DNA of 64,000 nt from Rhodanobacter denitrificans (lineage in GTDB: Bacteria; Pseudomonadota; Gammaproteobacteria; Xanthomonadales; Rhodanobacteraceae): NCBI GenBank assembly GCA_003241385.1, contig QFPO01000008.1, forward strand, positions 98,759 to 162,758, read 5' to 3'. The position numbers and the translations under genes were made by a program. Below, in pieces: positions 50,782-60,660 of this stretch (positions are counted from its first letter, which is position 1; each line of letters starts with the position of its first letter). Under the pieces are notes generated by a model. That model made no database searches and was not told where the DNA came from. It saw only the letters and a program-made list of their open reading frames with translations.

Positions 50782-52245
50782 ATGTTCGTGCGTTCCGTGC
50801 TCTTCGTCGCCCTGACCGGCGGCGCTTCGATGGCCACTGCGGCCACCTTCACCGTGTCGAATCTCGCCGACGGCGGCGCCGGCAGCCTGCGCGACGCGGT
50901 CGCCCAGGCCAATGCCGCGCCCGGCGCCGACACGATCGTCTTCCAGCCGGGCCTGGCCGGCACGATCGCGCTGGCCGGCGGCCAGATCACGATCGCCGAC
51001 AGCGTGACGATCGCCGGTCCCGGCAAGCATCTGGTCCGCATCGACGCGGCCGGCACCAGCCGCGTGTTCCAGCTCGACAATCCGAACGGCCAGCCGAAGA
51101 CGTTCGCGATCTCCGGCCTGTCGGTCAGCGGCGGCGCAATCAACAGCGGTGGCCAGGACAGCGGCGGCGGCCTGTTCTACGAGGACTCCGGCGGCGACCA
51201 GATCACGCTGACCGACATGGCCTTCAACGCGAACACGGCCGGACGCAAGGGCGGTGCGATCAGCGTCAGCGGCGCCGGCCTGCGCCTGGTCCGCGTCGAC
51301 CTGATCGACAACCACGTGCGCGACGGCTTCCAGCCGTCCGGCGGCGCGCTGTACTACGACCGTGGCCTGGTGCAGCTCGAGCACTGCCGCGTGATCGGCA
51401 ACACCGCCGAGCTCAATGCCGGCGGCATCCGCCTGTCCTCGCCGGGCGTCAGCGCGATCATCAGCGACAGCCTGATCCAGGACAACACGGCCACGCACAC
51501 CGGCGGCGGCATCCTGGCCGACCGCATGAACCAGCTGACGATCGCGCGCAGCGCCTTCGTCGGCAACGTCACCGGCCAGCCGTACGGCGGCGGTCTGTAT
51601 CTGGCCGCCGTGACCGACGCCGGCTCGCCGCAGAACGTGATCGAGAACACCACGTTCTCGGACAACCGCTCGCTGCACGACAGCGGCCGCGGCAGCGCGC
51701 TGGCGCTGTGGAGCGGCAACCTGACGCTGCGCAACAGCACAATCGCCGACAACAAGACCGGCCCGCAGACCGCGCCGACCGGCAACTCCGGCGGCGCCGT
51801 GTGGGTCGGCAACGGCGCGACGACGCGGCTGACGCTGCAGAGCACGCTGTTCGCCGGCAATACGCACGGCAACCAGGGTGGCCGCTCGGACCTGACGCGC
51901 CTGCAGGGCTCGCCGGACAGCCTGCTCGACGCCGACCACAACGCATTCGAGACGATGCCCGACGCCGGCACGATCAACGGCCTCAACCAGGCCAATCTGT
52001 TCGCGATCAATGCGCAGCTGCAGCCGCTGACGACCTCGCACGGCCGCGGTTTCGTGCCGCTGCATCCGATCGCCAGGACCAGCCCGGTCGTCGACCAGGG
52101 CATCAATCCGGGCAACCTGCTCAACGACCAGCGCGGCCCGGGCTTCCACCGTGCGTTCTCGTGGCCGAACAATCCGAACGGCGTGCCCGACGTCGGCGCC
52201 TACGAGCTGTACGGCGACACGATCTTCCGCAACGGCTTCGAATGA
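50782..52245 (+). CDS. Secreted beta-helix protein, choice-of-anchor-Q-like, C-terminal DTIFRNGFE tag
   Basis: Signal peptide; TFTVSNLADGGAGSLRDAV; GGA/GGG+N repeats; SPVVDQG...DQRG...PDVGAYE. Confidence 0.88.
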   Translation: MFVRSVLFVALTGGASMATAATFTVSNLADGGAGSLRDAVAQANAAPGADTIVFQPGLAGTIALAGGQITIADSVTIAGPGKHLVRIDAAGTSRVFQLDNPNGQPKTFAISGLSVSGGAINSGGQDSGGGLFYEDSGGDQITLTDMAFNANTAGRKGGAISVSGAGLRLVRVDLIDNHVRDGFQPSGGALYYDRGLVQLEHCRVIGNTAELNAGGIRLSSPGVSAIISDSLIQDNTATHTGGGILADRMNQLTIARSAFVGNVTGQPYGGGLYLAAVTDAGSPQNVIENTTFSDNRSLHDSGRGSALALWSGNLTLRNSTIADNKTGPQTAPTGNSGGAVWVGNGATTRLTLQSTLFAGNTHGNQGGRSDLTRLQGSPDSLLDADHNAFETMPDAGTINGLNQANLFAINAQLQPLTTSHGRGFVPLHPIARTSPVVDQGINPGNLLNDQRGPGFHRAFSWPNNPNGVPDVGAYELYGDTIFRNGFE

Positions 52246-52268
52246 TCGACCCGGCCTGACCGGCCTCG

Positions 52269-52301
52269 CGCCCGGCACCTCGTGTGCCGGGCGTTTGCTT
52301 T
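52269..52301 (+). terminator. Intrinsic terminator
   Basis: CGCCCGGCAC-CTCGT-GTGCCGGGCG followed by TTTGCTTT. Confidence 0.8.
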
Positions 52302-52600
52302 GCGGCGTCCGGATCGGCCCCGCCGCTGCGGCACTGCCATTTCGGCAGGCGGAGCTTCGGCGGCCGCCATCGAGCGTTCACATCGATGCCGGCGCGCGAC
52401 GGTCGCGCCACGATCCGTCCCAGTCGCGAACACCGTACGTCCCATCCTCTGCGCCGCGTATCGGCCTCGAACGATCCTTCCGCGGCTGTCCTGGACGGGC
52501 GGCGTACACGTCCCGCGGCGCACGAACGCTCCGCGACGAGACGACTGCGCGAGTGACGGACGGCAGGCCCGTCGACGCACGATCGGTTAGACTGCGCGCC

Positions 52601-52649
52601 GGGTGCCGCGGCCGTCGCCGCCGGCAGGACCAGCGCAGGTCGGGCCGCC
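52601..52649 (+). ncRNA. Probable nhaA-I RNA motif (Li+-sensing riboswitch class)
   Basis: GGGTG...GGTCGGGCCGCC boundaries as I recall the motif; stems TGCCG/CGGCA and GACC/GGTC. TAGACT -10 box at 52588-52593; nhaA start 19 nt downstream. Confidence 0.7.
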
Positions 52650-52668
52650 GCGCGGAGCCGCCGTGCCG

Positions 52669-53973
52669 ATGTCCGACCCGATCCCGTCCTTCGCATTCCC
52701 GCGTACCCGCCGCCTCGCCGGGCGCGCCGCGCTCGCACTGGAGCGCTTCCTCCACGTCGAGGCCGCCAGCGGCATCGTGCTGCTGGCCGCCGCTGCGCTC
52801 GCGCTGCTCTGGGCCAATTCGCCGGCCGCCGACCGCTATCACGCGCTGTGGCATCTGCCGCTGACGCTCGGTATCGGCGACTGGATCCACACCCAGTCGC
52901 TGCACTTCTGGATCAACGACGGCCTGATGACGGTGTTCTTCCTCGTCGTCGGCATGGAGATCCGCCGCGAGATGCACGACGGCGCGCTGTCGAATCTGCG
53001 GCTCGCGGCGCTGCCGATCGCCGCCGCGCTCGGCGGCGTCGTCGCGCCGGCGCTGATCTACGTGGCGTTCAACGCCGCTGCGCCCACGCACGCCGGCTGG
53101 GCGATACCGACTGCGACCGATATCGCGTTCGCGGTCGGCGTGCTCGCCCTGCTCGGCCGCCGCGTCCCGGCCAACGTGCGCGTCTTCCTGCTGGCGCTGG
53201 CGATCATCGACGACATCGTCGCGGTACTGATCATCGCGCTGTTCTACTCGGGCGGCCTGGCGCCGGGCGGTCTGGCGATCGCGCTCGCCGGCGTCGGTCT
53301 CGTGCTGGCGCTGCGCGCACTCGGCGCGGGTTCGGCCTGGGCCTACGTGCTGCCGGGTGCGGTGATCTGGATCGGCCTGCTGCGGCTCGGCGTGCACCCG
53401 ACGCTGTCCGGCGTCGTACTCGGCCTGCTGACGCCGGTGCTGCCGCCGCGCCGCCGGCGCGGCTCCGACGCGGCCGCGATCGATGCGCGGCACGCGGAAC
53501 CGGAAGCACCGCTCGACGAGGCGCCGGTCACGCGCGTGCAGCGGGCGCTGCATCCCTGGGTCGCTTACGGTGTGATGCCGCTGTTCGCGCTCGCCAACGC
53601 CGGCGTCAGCCTCGGCGGCGTCGATCTCGGCGCGGCGGCCGCGCAGTCGGTAATGCTCGGCGTGCTGCTGGGTCTGGTCGTCGGCAAGCCGATCGGCATC
53701 GTCGCGGTCAGCTGGGTCGCGGTCCGGCTCGGCGGCGCGCGCCTGCCGCCGGGCGTGACCTGGGGCGGGGTGTGGCTGATCGGCCTGCTCGCCGGCATCG
53801 GCTTCACGATGTCGATCTTCGTCGCGATGCTCGCATTCGACGACGCCGCCCTGCTCGCCGCGGCCAAGCTCGGCGTCCTGCTGGCCTCGGTGATCGCGGC
53901 CTGCATCGGCCTGTGCTGGGGCTGGCTGCATCTGCGCGGCCGCAGCGGCGACGCGCACAGCGACACGGCCTGA
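52669..53973 (+). CDS. nhaA: Na+/H+ antiporter NhaA
   Basis: [51 protein letters not shown]. Confidence 0.96.
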   Translation: MSDPIPSFAFPRTRRLAGRAALALERFLHVEAASGIVLLAAAALALLWANSPAADRYHALWHLPLTLGIGDWIHTQSLHFWINDGLMTVFFLVVGMEIRREMHDGALSNLRLAALPIAAALGGVVAPALIYVAFNAAAPTHAGWAIPTATDIAFAVGVLALLGRRVPANVRVFLLALAIIDDIVAVLIIALFYSGGLAPGGLAIALAGVGLVLALRALGAGSAWAYVLPGAVIWIGLLRLGVHPTLSGVVLGLLTPVLPPRRRRGSDAAAIDARHAEPEAPLDEAPVTRVQRALHPWVAYGVMPLFALANAGVSLGGVDLGAAAAQSVMLGVLLGLVVGKPIGIVAVSWVAVRLGGARLPPGVTWGGVWLIGLLAGIGFTMSIFVAMLAFDDAALLAAAKLGVLLASVIAACIGLCWGWLHLRGRSGDAHSDTA

Positions 53974-54354
53974 GCGCCGCACGCCGATCGGCATCGCCGA
54001 TGGCGCCGCTACGGTACGAACGCGTCGCGTCGTCGATGGGGCGGCGGCGGCCGACGCACCCTCTCGCGGTCGTGTTCGGCGCGCTCGCGGAGCGACGGCC
54101 ATGCGCGCAGCCGCGATGCGTCGAGACCCGCGATCGCCCGGCTTCGACGCATGCCGCCGGTTCGCCGCTGCGGCCCATGACGGGGCGCGGGGCGCGTGTC
54201 GCTCCGACGATCGGACGCTGCTCGGATGGTCGCGCTCGGCGTGCCGCGGCGACGGCCGTGCATCGCCGTCGACGGCGTCCCCCGCCGCCTACGCACAGCG
54301 CCGCGTACCCGCTAGGATCGCGGGTGCCGGCCGCACGCAGACAGCATCAACGCG

Positions 54355-54648
54355 ATGAACCCCACCGCTGCACCACATCGCCCGTGGTTTCTGTACCTGA
54401 TCGAATGCCGCAACGGCGCCTACTACGCCGGCATCGCGATCGACGTGGACGCGCGCTACGCGGCGCATCTGCGCGGCACCGGCGCGCGCTATACGCGCGC
54501 CAATCCGCCCCGGCGCCTGCTCGGCTGCCGCGCCTATCCGGACCGTGCCTCGGCATCGCGCGCCGAATGGCGAATCAAGCAGCTGTCGCGCTCGGCCAAG
54601 CTGGCCTATCTGCTGGAACCGAACGAGGACGCGGCGCCGACGGCGTGA
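54355..54648 (+). CDS. GIY-YIG nuclease family protein (YhbQ/UPF0213-like)
   Basis: WFLYLIECRNGAYYAGI..R..H..G.GARYTR..E..IK. Confidence 0.88.
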   Translation: MNPTAAPHRPWFLYLIECRNGAYYAGIAIDVDARYAAHLRGTGARYTRANPPRRLLGCRAYPDRASASRAEWRIKQLSRSAKLAYLLEPNEDAAPTA

Positions 54649-54699
54649 GCATGCCGCCCGCGTCGCGACCGGCCGACGCCGGCGCGCGTGCAGGCGCCG

Positions 54700-55734
54700 C
54701 TACTCGTCCTCGTCCGCCGAGGTCAGGTGGATCGCGACCGCAGCGGCCGCGCTGCCGTCGGACCAGCGGCCGAACACCGGCCGCCGGCTGCGCTCGACGA
54801 AGCCGGCGGCACTCCAGCCGGCCAGGCGCGCGTCGGGGCCGGCGTACTCGACCGACACCGCGGCATGGCCGGCCTGTCGTGCGGCACGCAGCAGCGCCGC
54901 CACACGCGCATGGCCGATGCCGGTCGCGGCGTCGTCGGACCAGAAGTCGCGCACGTGCAGCACGCCGTCTTCGACCTGGCACGCGAACCAGGCGCGCAGG
55001 GCGCCGTCGGCGCCGGCCAGCAGCAGGTAGCGCGTCGTCGCCAGTGGCGAGGCGTCGAAGCGCCAGCGTGCGAATGCGGCATCGCGTACGCCGACCAGGC
55101 CGTCGCCTTTCGGCGAGGCCGACCACAGCGCATCGAAACGCGCGTCGGCACGGTCGCTCCAGCTCGCGACGAGCCGTTCGCGCGGAGCCCGCACGGCGTC
55201 GACCGCGGCGCGGACGCGATCGAGCACGAAGCCGGCGAACGCGGCCAGCGGCCGCGGCAGGCGCCGCGCGAGATAGCCGGCATGGCGCAGCACGCGCGCG
55301 CGCCGCACGATCTCGCCGAGCCGGTCGTAGCCGACGCGCTTGAACACCGCGGCGGCCTTCGGATTCGGAAAGCCGTAGAGCAGGTCGAAGCGCTCGCCGC
55401 CGGCGCGCGCGAGCTCGCCCTGCAGCATCAGCGCGGGGCCGAGCGAACGATGCTCGGGCAGCACCGCCAGATCGACCAGCACGCCGGCCTCGATCGGCCG
55501 GCCGTCGCGCAGCATGCGGCGCGGACCGGCCGCGGCCGCGCCGACCGGCGCCGCGTCGGCGCCGTGCCGCAGCAGCCGCAGCAGCGGCGCGCCGAACGGG
55601 CACTGCGCGTAGAACCAGTCGTACTTGGCCTGCATGCGCGCGTCCTGGCCGAGATTGCCGCGCCAGATGCCGAGCACGGTATCGCGATCGCACACGACGT
55701 CGCCGGCAGCGCCGGCATAGGCCGGCGCGTTCAC
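54700..55734 (-). CDS. GNAT-fold protein of polysaccharide loci
   Basis: KYDWFY..P, DLAVLPEHRSLG, LYGFPNPKA, RWRF...RY; GTG start overlaps the nadE-like stop. Confidence 0.75.
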   Translation of the reverse strand: MNAPAYAGAAGDVVCDRDTVLGIWRGNLGQDARMQAKYDWFYAQCPFGAPLLRLLRHGADAAPVGAAAAGPRRMLRDGRPIEAGVLVDLAVLPEHRSLGPALMLQGELARAGGERFDLLYGFPNPKAAAVFKRVGYDRLGEIVRRARVLRHAGYLARRLPRPLAAFAGFVLDRVRAAVDAVRAPRERLVASWSDRADARFDALWSASPKGDGLVGVRDAAFARWRFDASPLATTRYLLLAGADGALRAWFACQVEDGVLHVRDFWSDDAATGIGHARVAALLRAARQAGHAAVSVEYAGPDARLAGWSAAGFVERSRRPVFGRWSDGSAAAAVAIHLTSADEDE

Positions 55735-56720
55735 GCGTGCAGGTCCAGCTCCGCGACCTCGCCGACCAGCACCGGCGGCCGGTGCAGGTACTGCGTCGTG
55801 CGCCGCTTGTTGCGGATGTCGGCGTAGACCGCCTCGGCCTGGTCGACGCCGATGCCGAGCGCGGCGGCCAGTTCGGACGCCGGCCGGTCGTGATTGAGCG
55901 CCCACAGCGCCAGATCCATCGACCGGTACGGCAGCGCGAAGTAGAACTCGTCCTGGCCCTGCGCGAGGCTGTAGGTGTCGGTGGTCGGGATCGCCGCGCA
56001 GACGCGCTCGGGCAGGCCGAGGTGGCGCGCCATCGCGTAGACCTGGGTCTTGTACAGATGCGCGATCGGCTTGACGTCGGCCGAGCCGTCGCCGTTCTTG
56101 ACGAAGAAGCCCTGGTCGTACTCGAGCCGGTTCGGCGTGCCGACCACGCCGTAGTTGAGGCGGTCGGCGTGGTAGTACTCCAGCGTCTTGCGGATGCGCT
56201 GCTTGAAATTGGTCGCCGCGACGATCTGCAGGTACTCCGACAGGCCGAGCACGCGCTCGTGCGGCGTGCCGTCGGGCGCCTCGGCGACCAGCTTGAAGAC
56301 GTTGATGCGCCCCTCGATGCCGCCGTCGATGACGATCTTGAAACGCCAGCCCTCGCCGTATTCAGGCAGGGCGCGGCGCACCGCGGCGTCGCGCGCCTCG
56401 TAGCAGCCGATCGCGGCCAGCGCCGGCGCGATGTCGACGGTCTCCACGCGCACGCCCAGGTGATCGGCCAGGATGCGCGCACGCACCGCGCTGTCGTCGG
56501 ACGAATCGCGCTCGGGCAGGATCAGCGCGAACACGCGTTCGGGCCCGAGCGCGCGCACCGCCAGCGCGATGCTGCACGAGGAATCGATGCCGCCGGAGAT
56601 CGCGACGACCAGGCCGCGCTTGTGCAGCACGCGGGCGGTGACCTCGCGCAGGCGCGCGGCGATGCGGTCGGCCTCGCGGCCGTAGTCCAGATCCAGTACG
56701 TCGAAGCTCAAAGCGCTCAC
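55731..56720 (-). CDS. nadE: NH3-dependent NAD synthetase-like ATP pyrophosphatase (operon-embedded paralogue)
   Basis: ISGGIDSS, TNFKQRIRK, GTPNRLE, GFFVKNGDG, PIAHLYKTQVY; no glutaminase domain; GTGA overlap with the ligase. Confidence 0.8.
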   Translation of the reverse strand: MSALSFDVLDLDYGREADRIAARLREVTARVLHKRGLVVAISGGIDSSCSIALAVRALGPERVFALILPERDSSDDSAVRARILADHLGVRVETVDIAPALAAIGCYEARDAAVRRALPEYGEGWRFKIVIDGGIEGRINVFKLVAEAPDGTPHERVLGLSEYLQIVAATNFKQRIRKTLEYYHADRLNYGVVGTPNRLEYDQGFFVKNGDGSADVKPIAHLYKTQVYAMARHLGLPERVCAAIPTTDTYSLAQGQDEFYFALPYRSMDLALWALNHDRPASELAAALGIGVDQAEAVYADIRNKRRTTQYLHRPPVLVGEVAELDLHA

Positions 56721-58243
56721 GAGGCCTCCTGCGCGGCGGCGGGTTCGGTCAACAGGGCACGCCGGATCTTGCCGGACGCGGTTTTGGGCAGGGCCGCGAC
56801 GAACTCGACCTGCTTGGGAATCTTGTAGGCGGCCAGGCGCGCGCGGCAATGCGCCTTGACGCGATCGGCGTCGGGCGCGGCGCCGGCGGCCGGCACGATC
56901 ACGGCCTTGATCGCCTGGCCGAGCGTCGCGTCATCGATGCCGACCACGGCGACCTCGGCGACCTCGGGCAGCTCGGCGATCGCTTCCTCGACGTCGAGCG
57001 GATGCACGCGGTGCGCGCCGGTCTTGATCATGTCGCTGCGACGGCCGGCGAGGAACAGGAAGCCATCCTCGTCGAGCCGGCCCAGATCGCCGGTGCGCAG
57101 CCAGCCGTCCTGCAGCACCGCGGCGCTGGCGTCCGGATCGTGCCAGTAGCCGCTCATGACGCCGGGGCCCTGCGCCCAGACCTCGCCGTCGGCGCCGGGC
57201 GGCAGCGGGCGACCGGCCTCGTCGCGGATCGCGATGCGCACGCCGGGAATCGCCACGCCGGCCGATCCGGGCTTGTCGTCGAGACGATCGGGCGGGACAT
57301 AGGTCAGCCGCGCGGTCGCCTCGGTCTGGCCGTACATCACGTACAGCGCCGTGCCGGGCAGGGCCGCGCGCAGCCGCGCGACCAGGGCCGGCGCCATCGC
57401 GCCGCCGGCCTGGGTCAGATAGCGCAGTGCCGACAGGTCGTAGTCGGCCAGCGGCACGCGATCGAGCAGCAGGGCGTAGGTCGAGGGCACGCCGGAGAAG
57501 CCGCTGGCGCGTTCGCGCGCGAGCGTCTCGACGATCAGATGCGGAAACACCAGGTTCGGCTCGATCACCAGGCGCGCGCCGACCGCCAGATGCGTATGCA
57601 GCACCGAGGCGCCGTAGGAGTAGTAGAACGGCAGGATCGAGACGATGCTGTCCTCGCCGGTCAGGCCCAGGTACGCGACGATCGCCTCGACGTTGGCCGC
57701 GAAATTGGCATGACTGAGCATCACGCCTTTCGGCGCGCCGGTGGTGCCGGAGGTGTAGAGGATCGCGGCCAGCGCGAACGGGTCGACCGGTTCGAACGCG
57801 AGCGGCGCGGCCTCCAGCGCCTGCGTCCAGCCGGTTGCGCCGTTGGCGCCGGCGGCGTCGAGCACGACGCGCAGCGGCGGCGGATCGAGCCCGGCCGCCG
57901 CCTCGATCGCGTCGCGGCCGGCCGCCTCGTGCACGAGCACGCGCGCGCCGGCGTGGCGCAGCCACGGCGCGAAGTCGCGCGCGCGCGCCTGGGCGTTCAG
58001 CGGCACGACGGCGGCGCCGGCGATCCAGGCGCCGTACCAGGCGATCGCCGCCTCGATGCGGTTGGGCAGAATCAGTGCGACGCGATCACCGGGCAGGCAG
58101 CCGGCCGCACGCAGAAAGCCGGCGAAGCGCCGTGCCGCGTCGACGAAGCCGGCATAGTCGATGCGCTGCGCGCCCTGCACGAGGGCGATGCGCCGCGGCT
58201 CGGACAGGGCGATCGCCGCGACCCGATCGGCGAGCGCGATCAT
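56717..58243 (-). CDS. Adenylate-forming (acyl-CoA/acyl-ACP) ligase
   Basis: YTSGTTGAPKG, TQAGG, MYGQTEAT, RTGDLG, PKTASGKI. Confidence 0.93.
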   Translation of the reverse strand: MIALADRVAAIALSEPRRIALVQGAQRIDYAGFVDAARRFAGFLRAAGCLPGDRVALILPNRIEAAIAWYGAWIAGAAVVPLNAQARARDFAPWLRHAGARVLVHEAAGRDAIEAAAGLDPPPLRVVLDAAGANGATGWTQALEAAPLAFEPVDPFALAAILYTSGTTGAPKGVMLSHANFAANVEAIVAYLGLTGEDSIVSILPFYYSYGASVLHTHLAVGARLVIEPNLVFPHLIVETLARERASGFSGVPSTYALLLDRVPLADYDLSALRYLTQAGGAMAPALVARLRAALPGTALYVMYGQTEATARLTYVPPDRLDDKPGSAGVAIPGVRIAIRDEAGRPLPPGADGEVWAQGPGVMSGYWHDPDASAAVLQDGWLRTGDLGRLDEDGFLFLAGRRSDMIKTGAHRVHPLDVEEAIAELPEVAEVAVVGIDDATLGQAIKAVIVPAAGAAPDADRVKAHCRARLAAYKIPKQVEFVAALPKTASGKIRRALLTEPAAAQEAS

Positions 58244-58253
58244 CGCCGGCAGC

Positions 58254-58502
58254 TCAGGCGGCGAGCCGGCGCGCCAGGAACGCGCTGATCGCGTCGATCG
58301 AATCGAAGTTCGCCGGCACCATCTCCTCCGGCGCGATGCGGATGCCGTGGGTCTCTTCGAGAAAGCCGATCAGCTCGAGGATGCCGGTCGAGTCGACGAT
58401 GCCGGCACCGATCAGCGAGTCGCCGTCGGCCAGCGCGTTCGCGTCGTCCGTGAACAGGAAGTTCTTCAGCACAAACTGCCTGACCTGCTGCCGGTGATCC
58501 AT
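58254..58502 (-). CDS. Acyl carrier protein
   Basis: GIVDSTGILELI phosphopantetheine site; NFDSIDAI C-terminus; acidic, 82 aa. Confidence 0.92.
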   Translation of the reverse strand: MDHRQQVRQFVLKNFLFTDDANALADGDSLIGAGIVDSTGILELIGFLEETHGIRIAPEEMVPANFDSIDAISAFLARRLAA

Positions 58503-58719
58503 GCCTTCCCCGCGTGTCGTTGCGAACGGGCGCGATTATGCCCGAACCCGATCGGCGCGACGGCACCGGCGGGAACGCCCTGCACCGCGCGATCGATGAC
58601 GAGGAACGCCCGCGCAGGCCGATCACCGATATCTCACGCGAGCGCGCACGCCGCCGGCGCGAGCGCGCGCCGGCCCGCGATCTCGGGTCGGCACCGCTCG
58701 GCCGCGTCCGGGCCGCTTC

Positions 58720-60654
58720 TCAGCCGCCGCGCAGTTCGCGTTCGAGCAGCAGCGTCGAGAGGATGCCGACGAAGGCCTGGTTGTCGGCGAAGCCGGTCGC
58801 GCGGCCGGCGCGGACCTTGGCGTAGAGCCGGCCGACCGCGTCGGCGTCGAACAGGCCGCTCGCGCGCAGGTTCGACTCCTCCAGCAGCGCTTCGACGTAG
58901 TCGAGCGGCCGCCCGTCGACGACGAAGCTGGTGCTGTCCGGCGCCCGGTACGGCTGCTTGGTGCGCTGTGCGATGTCGGCCGGCAGCAGATCGGCCAGCG
59001 CCTTGCGCAGCAGGTACTTCTCGGTGAGGCCGCGGATCTTGTACGACGGCGGCAGCCGGTTCGCGAACTCGATCAGCGTGTGGTCCAGATACGGGAAGCG
59101 GCCCTCGATCGAGGCCGCCATCGCGACGCGATCGCCCTGCGAGGACAGCAGATAGCCGGCCAGCAGCGTCTTGGCCTCGACGTACTGGTCCTGTGCCAGC
59201 GGCGACCAGCGCCCGATACCGGCCGGCAGGCGCGATTCGACCAGGGCCAGCGGATCGCGCTCGGCCGCCGCGGCACGCAGTTCCGGCGACAGGAACGTCA
59301 GCGCGCGGCGCGAGGTGGTCCAGCGCGGCAGATGCGCGAACACGGGCCGGCCCAGGTGCTCGCGGCCCTGGCTGAAGAACGCGGCCGCGAACGCCGGATT
59401 GCCGACCGGCGAGTGCTCCAGATAGCCGTAGAGACGCCCGAGCAGGGCCGGCCGCCAGCGCGACCCGGGCTGGCGCGCCCAGAACCGGCGCACCTTGGCT
59501 TCCTTGAACAGGTCGTAGCCGGCGAACACCTCGTCGGCCCCCTCGCCGGTCAGCACGACCGTGTAGCCGGCCTCGCGCACGGCGCCGGCCAGCAGCATCA
59601 GCGGCACCGCGGCGGTGCGCAGCACCGGCGTCTCGGTATGCGCGATCAGCCGCGGAAACGCCTCGCCGATGCGGCGCCGGTCGATCTTCAGCGTCGTGTG
59701 CTCGGTGCCGAGATGGCGCACCATCGCCAGCTGATGCGCGCTCTCGTCGAATTCCGGCTCGTCGAACGCGACCGAGAACGTGCGCACCGGCGTCGCCGTG
59801 AAGCTGCGGATCAGCGCGACGATACCGGACGAGTCGAGTCCGCCGCTCAGATACGCGCCGACCGGCACGTCGGCGCGCAGTTGCAGGCGCACCGCATCGA
59901 CCAGGCGCTCGCGCAGCTCGGCCGCGGCCGCCTCGACGCCGGCGAAGCGCGCCGGCGCGGTGTCGGCGGCATCGGGAAACGTCCAGTCCCAGTAGCGCGT
60001 CAGCGTGCGGCGGCCGTCGTCCTCGATCGCGAGCAGATGGCCCGGCGGCAGGCTCGCGACCTCGGCGTGCACGGTGTCCGGATCGAGCGGCGCCCAGAAG
60101 CTGAAAGCCTGCACGAGGCCGGCCGGATCGAGCCGCGCGCGCTCGGGCAGCGCGGCGCGCAGCGCCTTGACCTCGGACGCGAACCAGAGCGCGCCGCGCG
60201 CCTGCGTGTAGTACAGCGGGCGGATGCCGGCGCGGTCGCGCGCGAGCACGAGGCGGCGGCGCACCTGATCCCACAGCGCGATCGCGAACTGGCCGTTCAG
60301 GTGATCGACGAAGGCGTCGCCGTAGCGGTCGTACAGATGCACGATCACTTCGGTGTCCGACTGCGTGTAGAAGCGATGGCCGCGCGCCTCCAGGTCGGCG
60401 CGCAGCTCGACGTAGTTGAAGATCTCGCCGTTGAACACGGTCCAGACCGTGCGCGCCGGGTTGTGGATCGGCTGCTGGCCGCCGGCCAGGTCGATGATCG
60501 ACAGCCGCGCGTGGGCCAGGCCGACGCCCTCGCCGACGTGGTAGCCGTAGCCGTCCGGGCCGCGGTGATGCAGCGTATGGATCATCGCCTCCAGCGTCGC
60601 GCGCGTCGGCTCGGCGCGCTGCGGGTTCCCTACGAATCCGGCGATTCCGCACAC
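58720..60654 (-). CDS. asnB: Asparagine synthetase-like glutamine amidotransferase
   Basis: N-terminal MCGIAG, HRGPD, RLSIID, NGEIFN, LSGGLDSS, TGEGADE, EGRFPYLD. Confidence 0.92.
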   Translation of the reverse strand: MCGIAGFVGNPQRAEPTRATLEAMIHTLHHRGPDGYGYHVGEGVGLAHARLSIIDLAGGQQPIHNPARTVWTVFNGEIFNYVELRADLEARGHRFYTQSDTEVIVHLYDRYGDAFVDHLNGQFAIALWDQVRRRLVLARDRAGIRPLYYTQARGALWFASEVKALRAALPERARLDPAGLVQAFSFWAPLDPDTVHAEVASLPPGHLLAIEDDGRRTLTRYWDWTFPDAADTAPARFAGVEAAAAELRERLVDAVRLQLRADVPVGAYLSGGLDSSGIVALIRSFTATPVRTFSVAFDEPEFDESAHQLAMVRHLGTEHTTLKIDRRRIGEAFPRLIAHTETPVLRTAAVPLMLLAGAVREAGYTVVLTGEGADEVFAGYDLFKEAKVRRFWARQPGSRWRPALLGRLYGYLEHSPVGNPAFAAAFFSQGREHLGRPVFAHLPRWTTSRRALTFLSPELRAAAAERDPLALVESRLPAGIGRWSPLAQDQYVEAKTLLAGYLLSSQGDRVAMAASIEGRFPYLDHTLIEFANRLPPSYKIRGLTEKYLLRKALADLLPADIAQRTKQPYRAPDSTSFVVDGRPLDYVEALLEESNLRASGLFDADAVGRLYAKVRAGRATGFADNQAFVGILSTLLLERELRGG

Positions 60655-60660
60655 GGGCGC

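Noticed and set aside
53974..54354. 380-bp gap between nhaA and the GIY-YIG gene
   Set aside because: No credible ORF, repeat or recognisable RNA motif. The nuclease is the stand-alone YhbQ type, with no sign of a homing element.
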